A DNA stretch of 63,988 nt, counting the filler, from Platydemus manokwari (taxonomy: Eukaryota), in assembly GCA_037951405.1 (NCBI GenBank). It is 6 parts of 6 records of this genome, joined end to end, with 100 filler letters (N's around TTAATTAATTAA, not from the genome) between each part and the next. Parts side by side here need not be neighbours in the genome. Positions count along the whole stretch, not along the records: positions 40,253 to 55,167 come from JBBMOY011372536.1; 5 more parts are not named here. One strand, given 5' to 3'. Position numbers and translations under genes: made by a program. Each line of letters opens with the position of its first letter. Within the stretch, counting starts at the first letter, position 1. This document shows, piece by piece, positions 40,153 through 52,131 of the stretch. The notes beneath the pieces are model-generated. The model saw only the letters and a program-made list of their open reading frames with translations, was not told the origin of the DNA and searched no databases.

Positions 40153-40487
40153 NNNNNNNNNNNNNNNNNNNNNNNNNNNNNNNNNNNNNNNNNNNNTTAA
40201 TTAATTAANNNNNNNNNNNNNNNNNNNNNNNNNNNNNNNNNNNNNNNNNNNNATAATATTAATAGTAATAATGATAGTGNNNNNNNNNNNNNNNNNNNNN
40301 NNNNNNNNNNNNNNNNNNNNNNNNNNNNNNNNNNNNNNNNNNNNNNNNNNNNNNNNNNNNNNNNNNNNNNNNNNNNNNNNNNNNNNNNNNNNNNNNNNNN
40401 NNNNNNNNNNNNNNNNNNNNNNNNNNNNNNNNNNNNNNNNNNNNNNNNNNNNNNNNNNNNNNNNNNNNNNNNNNNNNNNNNNNNNNN
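40153..40487. other. Artificial spacer (40153-40252), 27 bp of sequence, then an ordinary N gap (40280-40487)
   Basis: Seen directly in the sequence. Confidence 0.95.
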
Positions 40488-40510
40488 ATTATTTCCAATA
40501 TCCATCTAAC

Positions 40511-43500
40511 CTTGATTGTAGCAATCAAAGATGATATTACTGAAAAACGAAACTTGAGCATCCAATATTGGGTCCAAGCTGATAAAATCAAACTGAATAA
40601 ATCATAAACAGTCAACTCTGTCGGTGTTTCATTTTTTTCGCTTTTTAAAGAAACAAATCTTTGATAAGCATCTGGAGTTTTGTCTGAATAGAAACTGGAA
40701 TCTTTCGTTTGAGTCGGCGATTTGCTTAAACCAAATTTACTGATAGGGATCTGATTATCGAGTCAAATAGAAATAAACAGCCAATGATTTTTACTCGTGA
40801 ACGTTGCCTAGATGAGGTGAAACTTGTGTTGCTGTGAATTGTTGAAACGCTACTCTGTGCTTCTTTCGTACCGATAGTCAAGGAATAATTCTTAGAATAC
40901 TGATTGGAAATATTTTCTGAGTCATCATCATGAGTAAAAGCTGGTGGACTTCTCGCCAGTGCAGGGTTTCGACGTTTACTACTTCTGAAAATGGTGACAA
41001 ATCCAATATCAAAATTATTTCCATCAGTTTATTTTTGATAAAATTAAAACAATCTGCATTTCAGTCACTGCTATTTATCAATTGATTATTATTGATATTA
41101 AATGATTTATTGATATCAAGTGTAAATAAGTTTGATAATTGTTTATTTACTTATAATTGTCAGTAAATAAGATTCTTGTCGAGTCTATTTATAAATGAAA
41201 TTTTGTCTGTAGGCATTTCAGTAGAGTTGGAAATAAAGTTGCATTCAAAGCTGAAAAATCTAACAAAATGTGAATTAAAAAATTTTGGTATTCGACTATA
41301 ATTACTGAGTTTTATCATTTATTGCATGATTATTACTGTAGCAAATTCACTTCTTATAAATCGATATTATATCAGTACATTATAATAATTGTAATAAATA
41401 TTCAGCACCAAAATTCTCTCTCTGATATCTATATATGATTTTATGTTTGCATGTCTCAAACAGTCAATTTTTCGAATCTTTATTACTGCTTTGTCGGTAC
41501 GAACTGAAACATTTTCAATTGATCGGAATTATTGATATGATTGTGTTGTTATTATTTTATAATTTTAAAATCAATAAATTCATTGAGCAATTGATCTATG
41601 AACGATTTAATTGTTTAAAATAGTAGAGTTCATTTTTGGATAAAATCAATAAAATAATAATTATAATAAATCTTGTTTGTGTTATTTTAATTAACCATGA
41701 CAACTTTTTCGAGGAGGTGTGTACGAATTATTTCAAAGCCAATCCCATTTATTCAGGCTATCTGGAGTAGTTGTGGAGGTGGACGAATCTTGTTTTTTCC
41801 ACAACTCAAAGTATTATTATGAACGAATTCTTGTTTCGATTTTGAGGGTTTTGGATATAGTTGATACCAGGGTAAGCCACGCAATTGGTATAATGGAAAT
41901 TTTGAATAAAAGAGATGCGAATACATTTTTACCTATTATTCAGTAGTTGTACGACTTGCGCCTATCATATACACACGGACGAATGGAGTTTATAGAGGAA
42001 TTTGCAAGGTCAGATGACAGTTAATTATTCTGTGAACTTCATTAATCCAATAAACGGAATTCACATACAACATGTTGAGTCTTACTGGAACAAGCACAAG
42101 GATTAAATAAAAAATAATTGTGGGTGTCGAAGAGAATTGTTACACTCATACGTATTAGAATTTATGTGGAGATACCGATTTGCAAATCTATGCCAACACA
42201 TCGCTTTGCAATATCCTCAATCAATAAATTAGGCTAATATGTGACTTATTTTGATTTAATATTTGGTGTATTTTTTATTAATTTTGAGGTGGGGATTTTT
42301 CAATTGATTAATGTTGGGAAAGAGATTCTTCAATTGATCCGAAAACGATATCAATAATGATTTATAATGTGTTGTCATTATATTTTTATCAACAAATGTG
42401 AACAAATTGAAATTCGACGAAAACTAATAGGAAAAGAAAATTAAAAGAATTTATTATTAAAAAATTATATTATTTTTACTGATATTATTTAAATATGACT
42501 GGGAGAGGTGTAATACCAGTATGACGCAATCAATCGATTACACCATACAAGCAGGATTACAAACTGGATTGCTTTAAAAAGTTTACTCCTGGAATGAATC
42601 CCATGGAATATAGTTATCGAAATAGCAAGAGTGAATAGCAGTACAAACGACAATGATCTCAGTGATTTCAATTTACCTGTTCTGAATCCTTAAATCTCAA
42701 CACTGTTTCACACCAAAGAACTTTTTATTACAAATGTCAAGAAAGAACGTTGCTTATATTTTGATCAATTCTATTAGTCTGCGCATGGTTACGGGTTCAC
42801 AAGATACACACCCACACACACTCATATACTATTGAAAAAATGCATAACAGATATTTGAAAGGATCTTGAATATGAAATGAAAAGACATTACATCACGAAA
42901 ATTGCAACCCAATAAAAGAAATACAAAAATCTGAATTGTAATTTTCAAAGCATAAATTAGCACTGATCAAGACCATAAGTGGTATCTCAAAATGATGTTG
43001 AAGTTTTTGTTTCCTTTAGTTTCTTCCATTCATCTAAAATAGCGATGTGTTATCACTATGATAAACATCATGGAATCTTAAAAAATCATATCAATTCAAT
43101 GTTTATCGACATTATTAGTGATGGTCTCAAATGCTTATCAAAATATATGCCATCAAAAAGGTAAACATCGGATTATCGAGAGAGAATTTATAATATACAT
43201 TTTTTTTTACCTTTGTTGACTTCTACACAAAGGAAATTCGATCTTTTCCATATCGCCTTCCTGTTGAAATTCGTTTTCATTCTCAGTGTTTTTGATGAAA
43301 TTGAAAAAATCGATTTTCGTTTCAGAATTCGATCGTTGATCATCAAGGCTTTTGATTTGTTCCAAATTTTCGGATTTTTCCGGTTTGGTAGTATTGCTAA
43401 AAGGCTTGTTTTCACTACTAAATATAATATCACTAATTTCAGATTCAAAACTGTTGTCATGACTAAGATTTTTTTTTGTATTTTTCAAGTGTCTATTAAT

Positions 43501-44345
43501 AAGAAAGCTTTCATCCATTGAGCTGCCCCTATTCATATTTAAAAGAGAAATTCGTTGTCTAGTATTTTGGTTGGAATTGAATGTCAGTGAGTATTGATCG
43601 AAATGATCAAGATTTAATGATTTTATTGGCGAATTCCGAGAATATAGTTTACAACACGGTTCTTGTTTTTGACTGGTGGTGAAAGACGAAATAGGTAGCG
43701 ACATACAACCAGATGTACTAGTGTTTGATAACTGGGCACTGTCCGGTTCCATACTGTAATAACCGGAATCCTGATGTGACGATTTTGATGTCGATGGCAT
43801 TTCTTGAGATCTGATCACTACTTGGGCTTTAAATGATTTCAATTTTGGTTTCGATTTCTTCAGTGGCACATCAAGAATGTCCAGTTCTTCGGATTTCATG
43901 CCTTTTTCATTGGATTTTGTCGACGGAGGAGACTGATCGATCGGGGAACATTTCTTCTGTGATGACCACATTACATCGAGATATGGAGATTCTTGGCTTC
44001 CAACGAACCAATGGGTATTTGGTCGTCGAGAGAACTCTGAAGATGGTTGTTGAGAAAGAGCATTGTGTACGTCACTTTCGGATGAAAAATCCGTTTCGTT
44101 GGCTATCGATTTGCTTTTGAAAAGCGACTGATAACGTCTTGAGCGGGTAGGTGTTTGATTAGGTTTGTATAATTTTTGATTGAATTTGTGAGACATGATG
44201 GGCTGATCACAGTATGTCTCAAAGGTTTTGGAACCTGAATCGAAACTCAATGATGATATTGGAGACTGTACTTGAAATCTGGCAAGAGCAATAGCTGATC
44301 TTGAGGCAGCTTCGTCCTTTTTCCGTTTTAGCTCCCATACTGGAC
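40511..44345 (-). CDS. Partial gene for a Ser-rich, probably disordered hypothetical protein (3 exons)
   Basis: Exons 44345-43211 (1,135 bp, open), 40984-40795 and 40750-40511 join in phase (donor AG|GTAAAA to acceptor TTTCAG|A, then a 44-bp intron). Ends ...LILSAWTQYWMLKFRFSVISSLIATIK|GTTAGA before the gap. No domain recognised. Confidence 0.8.
41697..42340 (+). mobile_element. Merlin (ISXO2/IS1595-like) DDE transposase pseudogene in an intron
   Basis: VVVEVDESCF, RDANTFLPII, TDEW, VNYSVNFINPINGIHIQHVESYWNKHK and SYVLEFMWR motifs with stops and frameshifts; candidate right TIR GATTCTTCAATTGATCC ends at 42340. Confidence 0.85.
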
Positions 44346-45787
44346 CTTTAAAAACGTAACTGACATTAATTACAGTAAAATTAGATTGAGTATAAACTAT
44401 GTGCAATAATGGAATCGATAAGTGTATTCTTGAGGCAGAATTTAAAATCGTTGGATATATAAGACTCCTTTAATAATACAAATAGAAGTATCAAAACCAA
44501 TTAAAGTTGAACGCATCTTTAGATAATTGAAGTACCTTGATATCAAACTTAATGACTACCAAAAGCTTATTCAATTTAACGTGAATAATTATATTTTGTA
44601 AAGTTAAAAGGAATTAATTACAGCAATGAATCTTTTGCTACTAGAAGAAAGAAAGATTAATGTATAAGAAGACTTAACGAGTAGGCATGGGTCACATAAG
44701 ATAATATATTATAATCCTTGATGGTAAGTGATTCTCATTTTTAAATATCATTAGTTCAAAAACGCTACATTTTAATAATCTATTATAAATCCCATCTTAG
44801 TTATCGAATCTTCATTAACTCGATTTACAAATAAATACGAATTCATCTCAAACAATATCAGCAATGAAAGGCGTAATTTTAATAAGTGAATTCTTTGTCC
44901 CATTTTTGTGGTTTTTTAACATTTTCATACTATTCATTAAACATGTTTCAATGACTGATGGCTATTAATAGCTAATAATAATTGTTACCCAGAGTATAAA
45001 AGAATGCCCAATGATGCATTCCCTTTTCGTGGGAAATTTTAAAAGAGACAATCGACAATACATTTCTAACGAATGGGAAATTATTTTGATTAAAAATTGC
45101 TCTCACAATTTACTGGAGTTTCTGTTAAAAAGCCACAATCAATAGATGTAAAAAAGGGAAATGGAGAACTCAATTATTTTACTAGCTCTTATCTGTACAG
45201 GTTGTGATGTTAAGGAATCTAAACGCAGTGACAAACGATGATGAGTGTTCAATGATACAATTCTATGAAAGGTAAAATGGCCTTGATTTTGATAGCAAAT
45301 AGAATTGTGAAATATTGGCTTACATCCCAATTGTACTTTCTGTCAATGACCTTGTGAAAAACTCTATAAAGATGGTCTATCAGCATGATTATATGTTGAT
45401 ATTGGCGATCGTCATGTCACCAAATCTACGTAAGTCGTATTTATCTTACGCCTTTTTAATTTTCAAGACTTCTAGTGTTTTTTATGGGAGATTTCTCTTT
45501 AGATTTAATTACCAAATAAGTAGTCACGATAACTCATAAAACAGTATTCATTCGCTCATAAGCGAATTTTGTTGGATTTACGATGTCTGGAAGCACTCTA
45601 GGTTCAACGAGCTCACATCATGATGACAAGAATTAAGGACGGGAATTCCATGGAATTATTCTCAAGTGGTATTGCCGTCAATATTGATAGTCTCGTAATT
45701 CAAATGCCATCTTAATCTTCAAAATAAATGACTTGGTTGGTAAATTATATTTGCCCAGATTTATGTCTAACCTGTGATACCATAGCC

Positions 45788-45900
45788 CAGTGGTTTTCAA
45801 CCAGGATTCCACCAAGACACTCCAGGGGTTCTACAATTTCTAAATTTTTAACTTAGAGGAACGAATAAATAAAAAAACATGTTAAAGTCAATTTTGAAAA
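45788..45900 (+). mobile_element. Left end of a hAT-like element
   Basis: CAGTGGTTTTCAACC...GGGGTTC terminus resembling Charlie/Buster ends; no matching right end found. Confidence 0.35.
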
Positions 45901-45910
45901 TCAATTCTCT

Positions 45911-45943
45911 TATTATTATTATTATTATTTTTATAATTATTAC

Positions 45944-45987
<44 letters not shown>
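45911..45987. repeat. (ATT)n microsatellite
   Basis: Long, slightly interrupted ATT run. Confidence 0.9.
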
Positions 45988-47400
45988 GTATTAATTGTTA
46001 TTTGCTACTATTCTTGTTGTAATATTACAAGTCCCTTGTGCGGAGAGCTGCAAAGTCCTCAAATTTAGTGATGATAGTTGGGACCTAATAGTACGGCATC
46101 TTTGAGAAATTTAGAGTCTTTAATTATTAGTGATAGTGATTGAGCAGGGCCCAAGACACTGATGATAATAATAGTATTCATATTACAATGTCTTAGAATA
46201 AAAATGAAGTGAATTTTACTTTCTAGTCGCGCTGGGGAAAACTTTGTTTCTGTCTCATTTCGTTCTGCTTTTACTTTTCAGGTGGGACGATTGTATTTAA
46301 GTGTAACATCCCGATCAATAATTCCACCCGGAGTTTCTTAGGAATACGCTTGTAGAATATGGTGTGAAGTTGCCAATTTTGTTTTAAATAGAACAAAATC
46401 AAAATTTTCTGAACTCGAAATATTACTGCTTTCCAAATCAACTGAAATTGTGCTTAATAAGCAACAAATTATGATCTGATTTTTTAATCAACTAATAATG
46501 GACGTTGTTTATTAATCATGGATTTTCTTTTATACTAATGTTTTCATATTTTTTAAGTTATTGGTTTATTTAAAATCCATTTTGGTATTTTTCATATATT
46601 ATTTTTAGTAACTCCCATTTTATTATTTTTTTCTATTTTTGTAATTTACGTATTATATTTTTATCTATTTTTGTGGATACTATTTTTGGAATGTTTTTGG
46701 AAGGGCCAGCCATTTTGGAAAATTGAAAATTTTTTTGTGATTATTTTTTTATTGTTTAAGGCTATTCCTGTACCCAACAGTATCATCCATATTTCCAAAT
46801 TATTTCTTTATCTAATATTTTATTTTGCTTCAAATAATCAGTTGTCTTTGGGATTTTCTGGTATTGTTAACATCGTTGGTCTTACATGTCATGGTATGAA
46901 TCGATTGTTTGAATAGATTCCATATTCTTATTAATAAATCCATAACGATGTTGGCTTCGGACATCACCTTAAAATTTAAGTTATGATTGTATTTTCTATT
47001 CTTTCTGTAAGTCGTATTTGTTCTAGTAACGATGTTTCATTTTTCGAGGCTGATACTAGCTTTTCCACAGCAGGTCATATTTTTTTGAGCTTATTTTTTG
47101 TCAAATATTTTGTTTTAATTATGGATACCAGAAATCTTTTATCTATAAGTGATCTGATCTCTTTTCCGTTTATTATTATTGCTGATGGCCTGCTTTCATC
47201 TTCATTATGTCTTAAGAAAAATCCTATCTTATTTTCTTGATGACATGAGATTTGAGGCTGTTCAGAAATTAATATAGTGGTATTATTTTGGACTTCTTGC
47301 AGATATTCTTCAATTATTTCTTCCCCAGAAGACTACATTTAACCTCCATGGTGGTACATGTGCTTTTTGATTACTGCTAATTTCGCAGTGATATTTCTTT
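45988..47400 (-). mobile_element. Decayed non-LTR retrotransposon with restriction-like endonuclease (R4/Dong/NeSL-like) ending in an (AAT)n tail
   Basis: Minus-strand remnants DRDVTLKYNRPT, IIIISVLG and LKDAVLLG appear in the order expected for the RLE domain (NRPD...PIVIGALG...KAVLLG), directly upstream of the (AAT)n run. Heavily degraded; the upper boundary is approximate. Confidence 0.5.
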
Positions 47401-48299
47401 ATTATGCAAACCCTTTGGATATCTAAAATTTATATATTTCTGTTTAACTTTTTATTTTATATCCAAAACTCGTAATAAGAAAAGGTTTATCAAACTTATT
47501 TTAACGTGAAAAACTTAAAAGAAAAGTAGCGTGATAAGATAATCCATTGAAAATCCGTAAAAAGAAGGAACATTAAAAACACACCATGGAATAAAATAAC
47601 CCCTAAAATGATGTATTGGATTAAATAATAATCACGCCAATTAAAATCCTAACAAACCTAAGTGCAGAAAAAATAATGTGCATTAAAATATAATACAAGG
47701 GAATATTTTTCTTTCCTTCAATTATAAATAATGCCATTTACTATATAAGCCATTGCGGACAGTCAAAGTCGCCCATTATTACAGAAACTACTACAACAGT
47801 TCTTATTCTCTGAGAAGAAAATCAATTATAAAAACCGGGATTATTTAAGTAATGAGATCCATTTTACTGGAACATTTGATTGTGTATGTCAAGTATTTTC
47901 CTTGAAGATTTCTGATGAGTAATTTCAATTGAGAGCAAGCATTAGTACACATTTAATATTTAGTATTTATCACGTGTGTATCATATTTAAACCAATCTTG
48001 CATCACAATAATTCTCCAATACTACAAGAGAGATTAACAGAATCATATTCCATCTCTTTGACGTTGATTTGTTCCAGCTTGTACGAGCATTTTACAACGG
48101 TTGTATTATTGTATTCTTAAAATTTATTTTTATATCATATTATTTTGATTTTCAATTCTTATAATTATGTTTGTTGTTGTTCATCATAATAATCAATAAT
48201 AATTCAGTATCATTTTTTTTTACATTTTTACGTGTAATAAAAGTTTATTGGCAATAGTAATAATTCAATAATGAGTTCGTAGAAGTATCAGACTAAATA

Positions 48300-48480
48300 A
48301 TAACAGTACCAAAGACGGAAGTCATGGTTAACTACAACAAAAACACGGGAGGAGTTGATCTGGCTGACGGATAAATCACTAGTAAACAAGAATATTACTA
48401 TAAGATCATTTCGCGGGAACATTAATAAATGAGATTTTCTCATCGAAATTGTCAAGAAAGATGTCGAAAATGAGAATATT
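48300..48480 (+). mobile_element. piggyBac transposase remnant
   Basis: VPKTEVMVNYNKNTGGVDLAD matches the piggyBac YN..MGGVD..D catalytic motif; a Cys-rich remnant (CQERCRK) follows. Confidence 0.75.
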
Positions 48481-51400
48481 ATTTTCCATACAAGTCTTCA
48501 TCATTTTAAAGATAGATTTAAGAATCTAAAGGATTAGTTGTCACATTTGATAATTTATTTGGGATTGTTAATTCATCAAATAGGTGTAACTACTTTTTCA
48601 TAATGTGACACGTTTAGATATAAATAAAAAAGTAATTGGATAGAAAATATGCGAATAATAAAATGTAGTTAATCAACAAAATCTACAGTATTGATAATCA
48701 CAATAGAATGATGACCAATTTATATAACATTTATCGAATAATCCAATAACAAATAACCAAGATGATTTAGATTAATAAGATGTATTATTATTGAAATTCT
48801 AATTTTCTATTTTATTTTAAGATTCACTCTTATGCCTTTCACTGATTATCGCTATCTTCGATTAAACAGGAAAAGTTATGATAGTTTCAAGGTTTACACC
48901 TAGACATTATACATGACATGAATACTTATCATATTAAGGAAACGGATATTCTCAACTAATGGGGAGAAATATAGTGCATTAAACAGTTCAACGTAATAGT
49001 TGACCAGCACATCCTCCTTGAACACAAAGATGAGTTTAGAAGTATTGCATATTTCTCTAGGACACTTTCTTGGTTTAAGAGACCTTTCAGAAACCAACTG
49101 CTTTGCTGCCCATCGAGTGATCAATTTTAACCATCTAACAATGTACAGGACCCTTAAAAGAGTCAGAACAGATTAAGAAATGACCAAGTTTCACGAATTT
49201 GGGAAGAAATCGGAAAAAATTATCTCAAAGTAGAAAATCAATGAGAAGATTATTTAAGTTCACCAAAAAGTATCATCAATCGATGATGACACGATGAAAG
49301 ATATGAATGAAAAACGCCATTGACGAGGACCAAACACAATTTATTAAGCAAATTAATTCAAAACTCTATTATCACCAATGTAACTGATATTGATATTGGA
49401 AATACGAGGAGAAAAATCTAACTTAGAGAATGACGAAAGAGTTCTAAATCAATTGAACTATTAGAAGAAAATTAAAGTCATAAAAAAATCGTGGCTTCCC
49501 AAGAAAATTATCAAATCAATAATATTTGAATATTTGATAAGAGAAGATGGTATATTACGGCCATACAGCACACATGTAAGATCCCCTTGAAAGAAATGAA
49601 TATAGAATTCTGGAACTTGACTATAGAAGAGCGACAAAACAAAAGAACCAGCTGCTGGAGGACCAGAGTAACAATGATAATAAAAGAATGACAAAACAAC
49701 TTGATCCAAGACACAATTCTGAAATTTTAACATTATTAGATAGTGAATTTTAATTTTACTCTCCTTATATTGTTATACTTTCCTTGTATGTGCTCGGTTT
49801 TATATATATTTGTGATTATTTTTTATGAAGACAAGAATAAAAGAGACATAGTAGGGGACAATCAAGGCAGCAAAAGTTGGACAACAGTCTCCAATTAATA
49901 AATGCTAAATACCTACAATCACATTCTAATTAAGAAATGCAATGTACATTTAAATACATAAAACAAAACTGATTTAGCATGTCTAAAAATAATAAAATAT
50001 TATTAGAATATGAACTAAAAAATATGTTTGAAATTTAACACAAACGAACATGTAAATCAAATACAAATTTTTATCAAAAAACTAATATTAGAAAAACAGA
50101 ATAAATAAATGAAAAATTTGCTTAAAACAACAATTTATTTTTGTTTTACTAAATCAAGATTATTTAGAAAAACCCAAGGTAAGTAAATTATCAAAATAAG
50201 ATATATTTTTAGAACTAAAATAAGGTAAAAAAGCCATCCAAATTTACCAACACACTTAAGTAAACATTATGGGTTGTTACTAAATTTAGCACTGACGTAT
50301 TAAAAGTTACTAAGAATAGTTATAAAATAAGACTACCAAAAAATACACACGAAGGACATTTTTATGTGAAAACCTGTATCTGTTGTTGGTTTCCAAGAAA
50401 CAAAACAATCTTGTTGAAATTCCAATATAAAGCAAAGAACTGTTCATAATTATTGGAGTCATTTCTTCACAGTCTTCATCTCTAACTTCTATCTCACTTA
50501 AACGAATTGAAAAAACAAAGATCCTAATATTTATGGTAACTTTTTGCTAGTGACGATATAATTTAAAAGATGTCTGAGTTAATTCGTCTACAAAACAGAG
50601 CTTTTTCAAATCTTTAAACCAAAAATCTGATAGCGATTTTTCTGCAGAAAAGTTTATGCAAAGCATGGTACTTCAATCAGAATATTCGACCACTTGACAA
50701 ACTAAACGATATTAGTAACAACTGACAATTAGTGTCGCGTTTTCTATGATAAACACTTTAATAAGACAAACTCCCAACTATGTATGACACTTCAACAAAA
50801 GAGAATATCCTAAATTATATACAGAAATCTTAACGAATATATTCTATAGTAAAATCAACTAAAATTTGTGCCAGCAAATGAAGGTAAAAGATATTTAATG
50901 CATAGAGAAAAGTTTAGATAAACATGCCACTACAGCATGGGATGCAGCAAGGTTATCGAAATTGTTTTTCTCTAGTTGGTTGAACGACAGAAAAAAGTCT
51001 TCTTCATTAGTTTGAATTTCGTTAACATAAAGTACATGGTAACGAAATTCAAACTGATTATCATGAGAAGTAGTCAAAATAAAAAATGACAAATACTTAT
51101 AAGACCTCAGATTGGAAAAACTTTAAATTAAGAAAATGGCCAATGAAACTTTCATTGTACACAAATTCAAAAGAAATCAACAACTATATGAAATTCTACG
51201 AAAAAAACTATTCCAATAAAAGAAGTAAATGAGTGATTAATTTAATTGTATTTCTTGAAATTTAATAGGAGTTCGACGAGTTATGCTATTATAACGTTGT
51301 TTGTTGATATAGTCACGGAATGCTTCTTTCATGCTTTATTGGAGATCTACGCTGACATCAATAATGGTTTACAATTTATTGATTTTCAAGATTTTTGCAT

Positions 51401-51883
51401 ACTTTAGAGGTTTCGAGCAATTATATCAACAATGTAGTAATCCTCGAATTTTAAATAGCTATTATTGGAAATTTCTTTCGATAATCATAGGAAGGTAAAA
51501 TATGATTTTAAAAAGTTCTTTAATTTGCTATCAATATTCCAGTCATATTAAAATATCATTAATGAAATACAAGTCGTTTATGTTCAATATCGCTTTACAT
51601 TCCATTGTAGCACATTATAAGTATAGGAGATCAACTATTATCAAATCTTAAAAGTATTTTTACATGACATAATTACATTTATCTACTCTTTAATTATCAT
51701 CTCATTTTCATTTCAATCGGGATCTTCATTAATTATCACAATAATTATTGTCAAGAATAAACCAATGAAAAGCCTAACACCTATAGACAGAAATTATCCA
51801 ATAGAATTTCGATAATATTTCCAGAAAACTTTTCACAAATCTTTCTTCAATTTTTTCTTTTCAATCAACAAATCGCTTTCATT

Positions 51884-52131
51884 ATGACCTCTGACCATTG
51901 TACTGATGCATCATTATCCACCAACAACGGATCTTCCACCCCGGGAAATATTAAACGACCGACCGGTAAATTGCACGAGAGATTGTGGCCAAACATCAAA
52001 TTGCAAAAATGGGGTAAAAATCGTCGAATGCAAAGTGTGCATTCTGAAGAACAGACTCGACCGTTGGAAAAGTCATATTCAGCCGATGAGAATATTTTTA
52101 CCAATCATATTTCGATGAATGATTCTTTCGA
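51884..52131 (+). CDS. Probable first coding exon of an unidentified gene
   Basis: ATG-initiated, 82 open codons, GC above the flanks, ending at a strong donor GA|GTGAGT. Downstream exons were not found before the spacer. Confidence 0.6.

Noticed and set aside
40197-40615. ORFs containing long X runs
   Set aside because: Created by N gaps; only 40511-40750 is a supported exon.
51269-51495. Two exon-like segments with AG/GT boundaries
   Set aside because: I could not join them into a continuing open frame with consistent phases.
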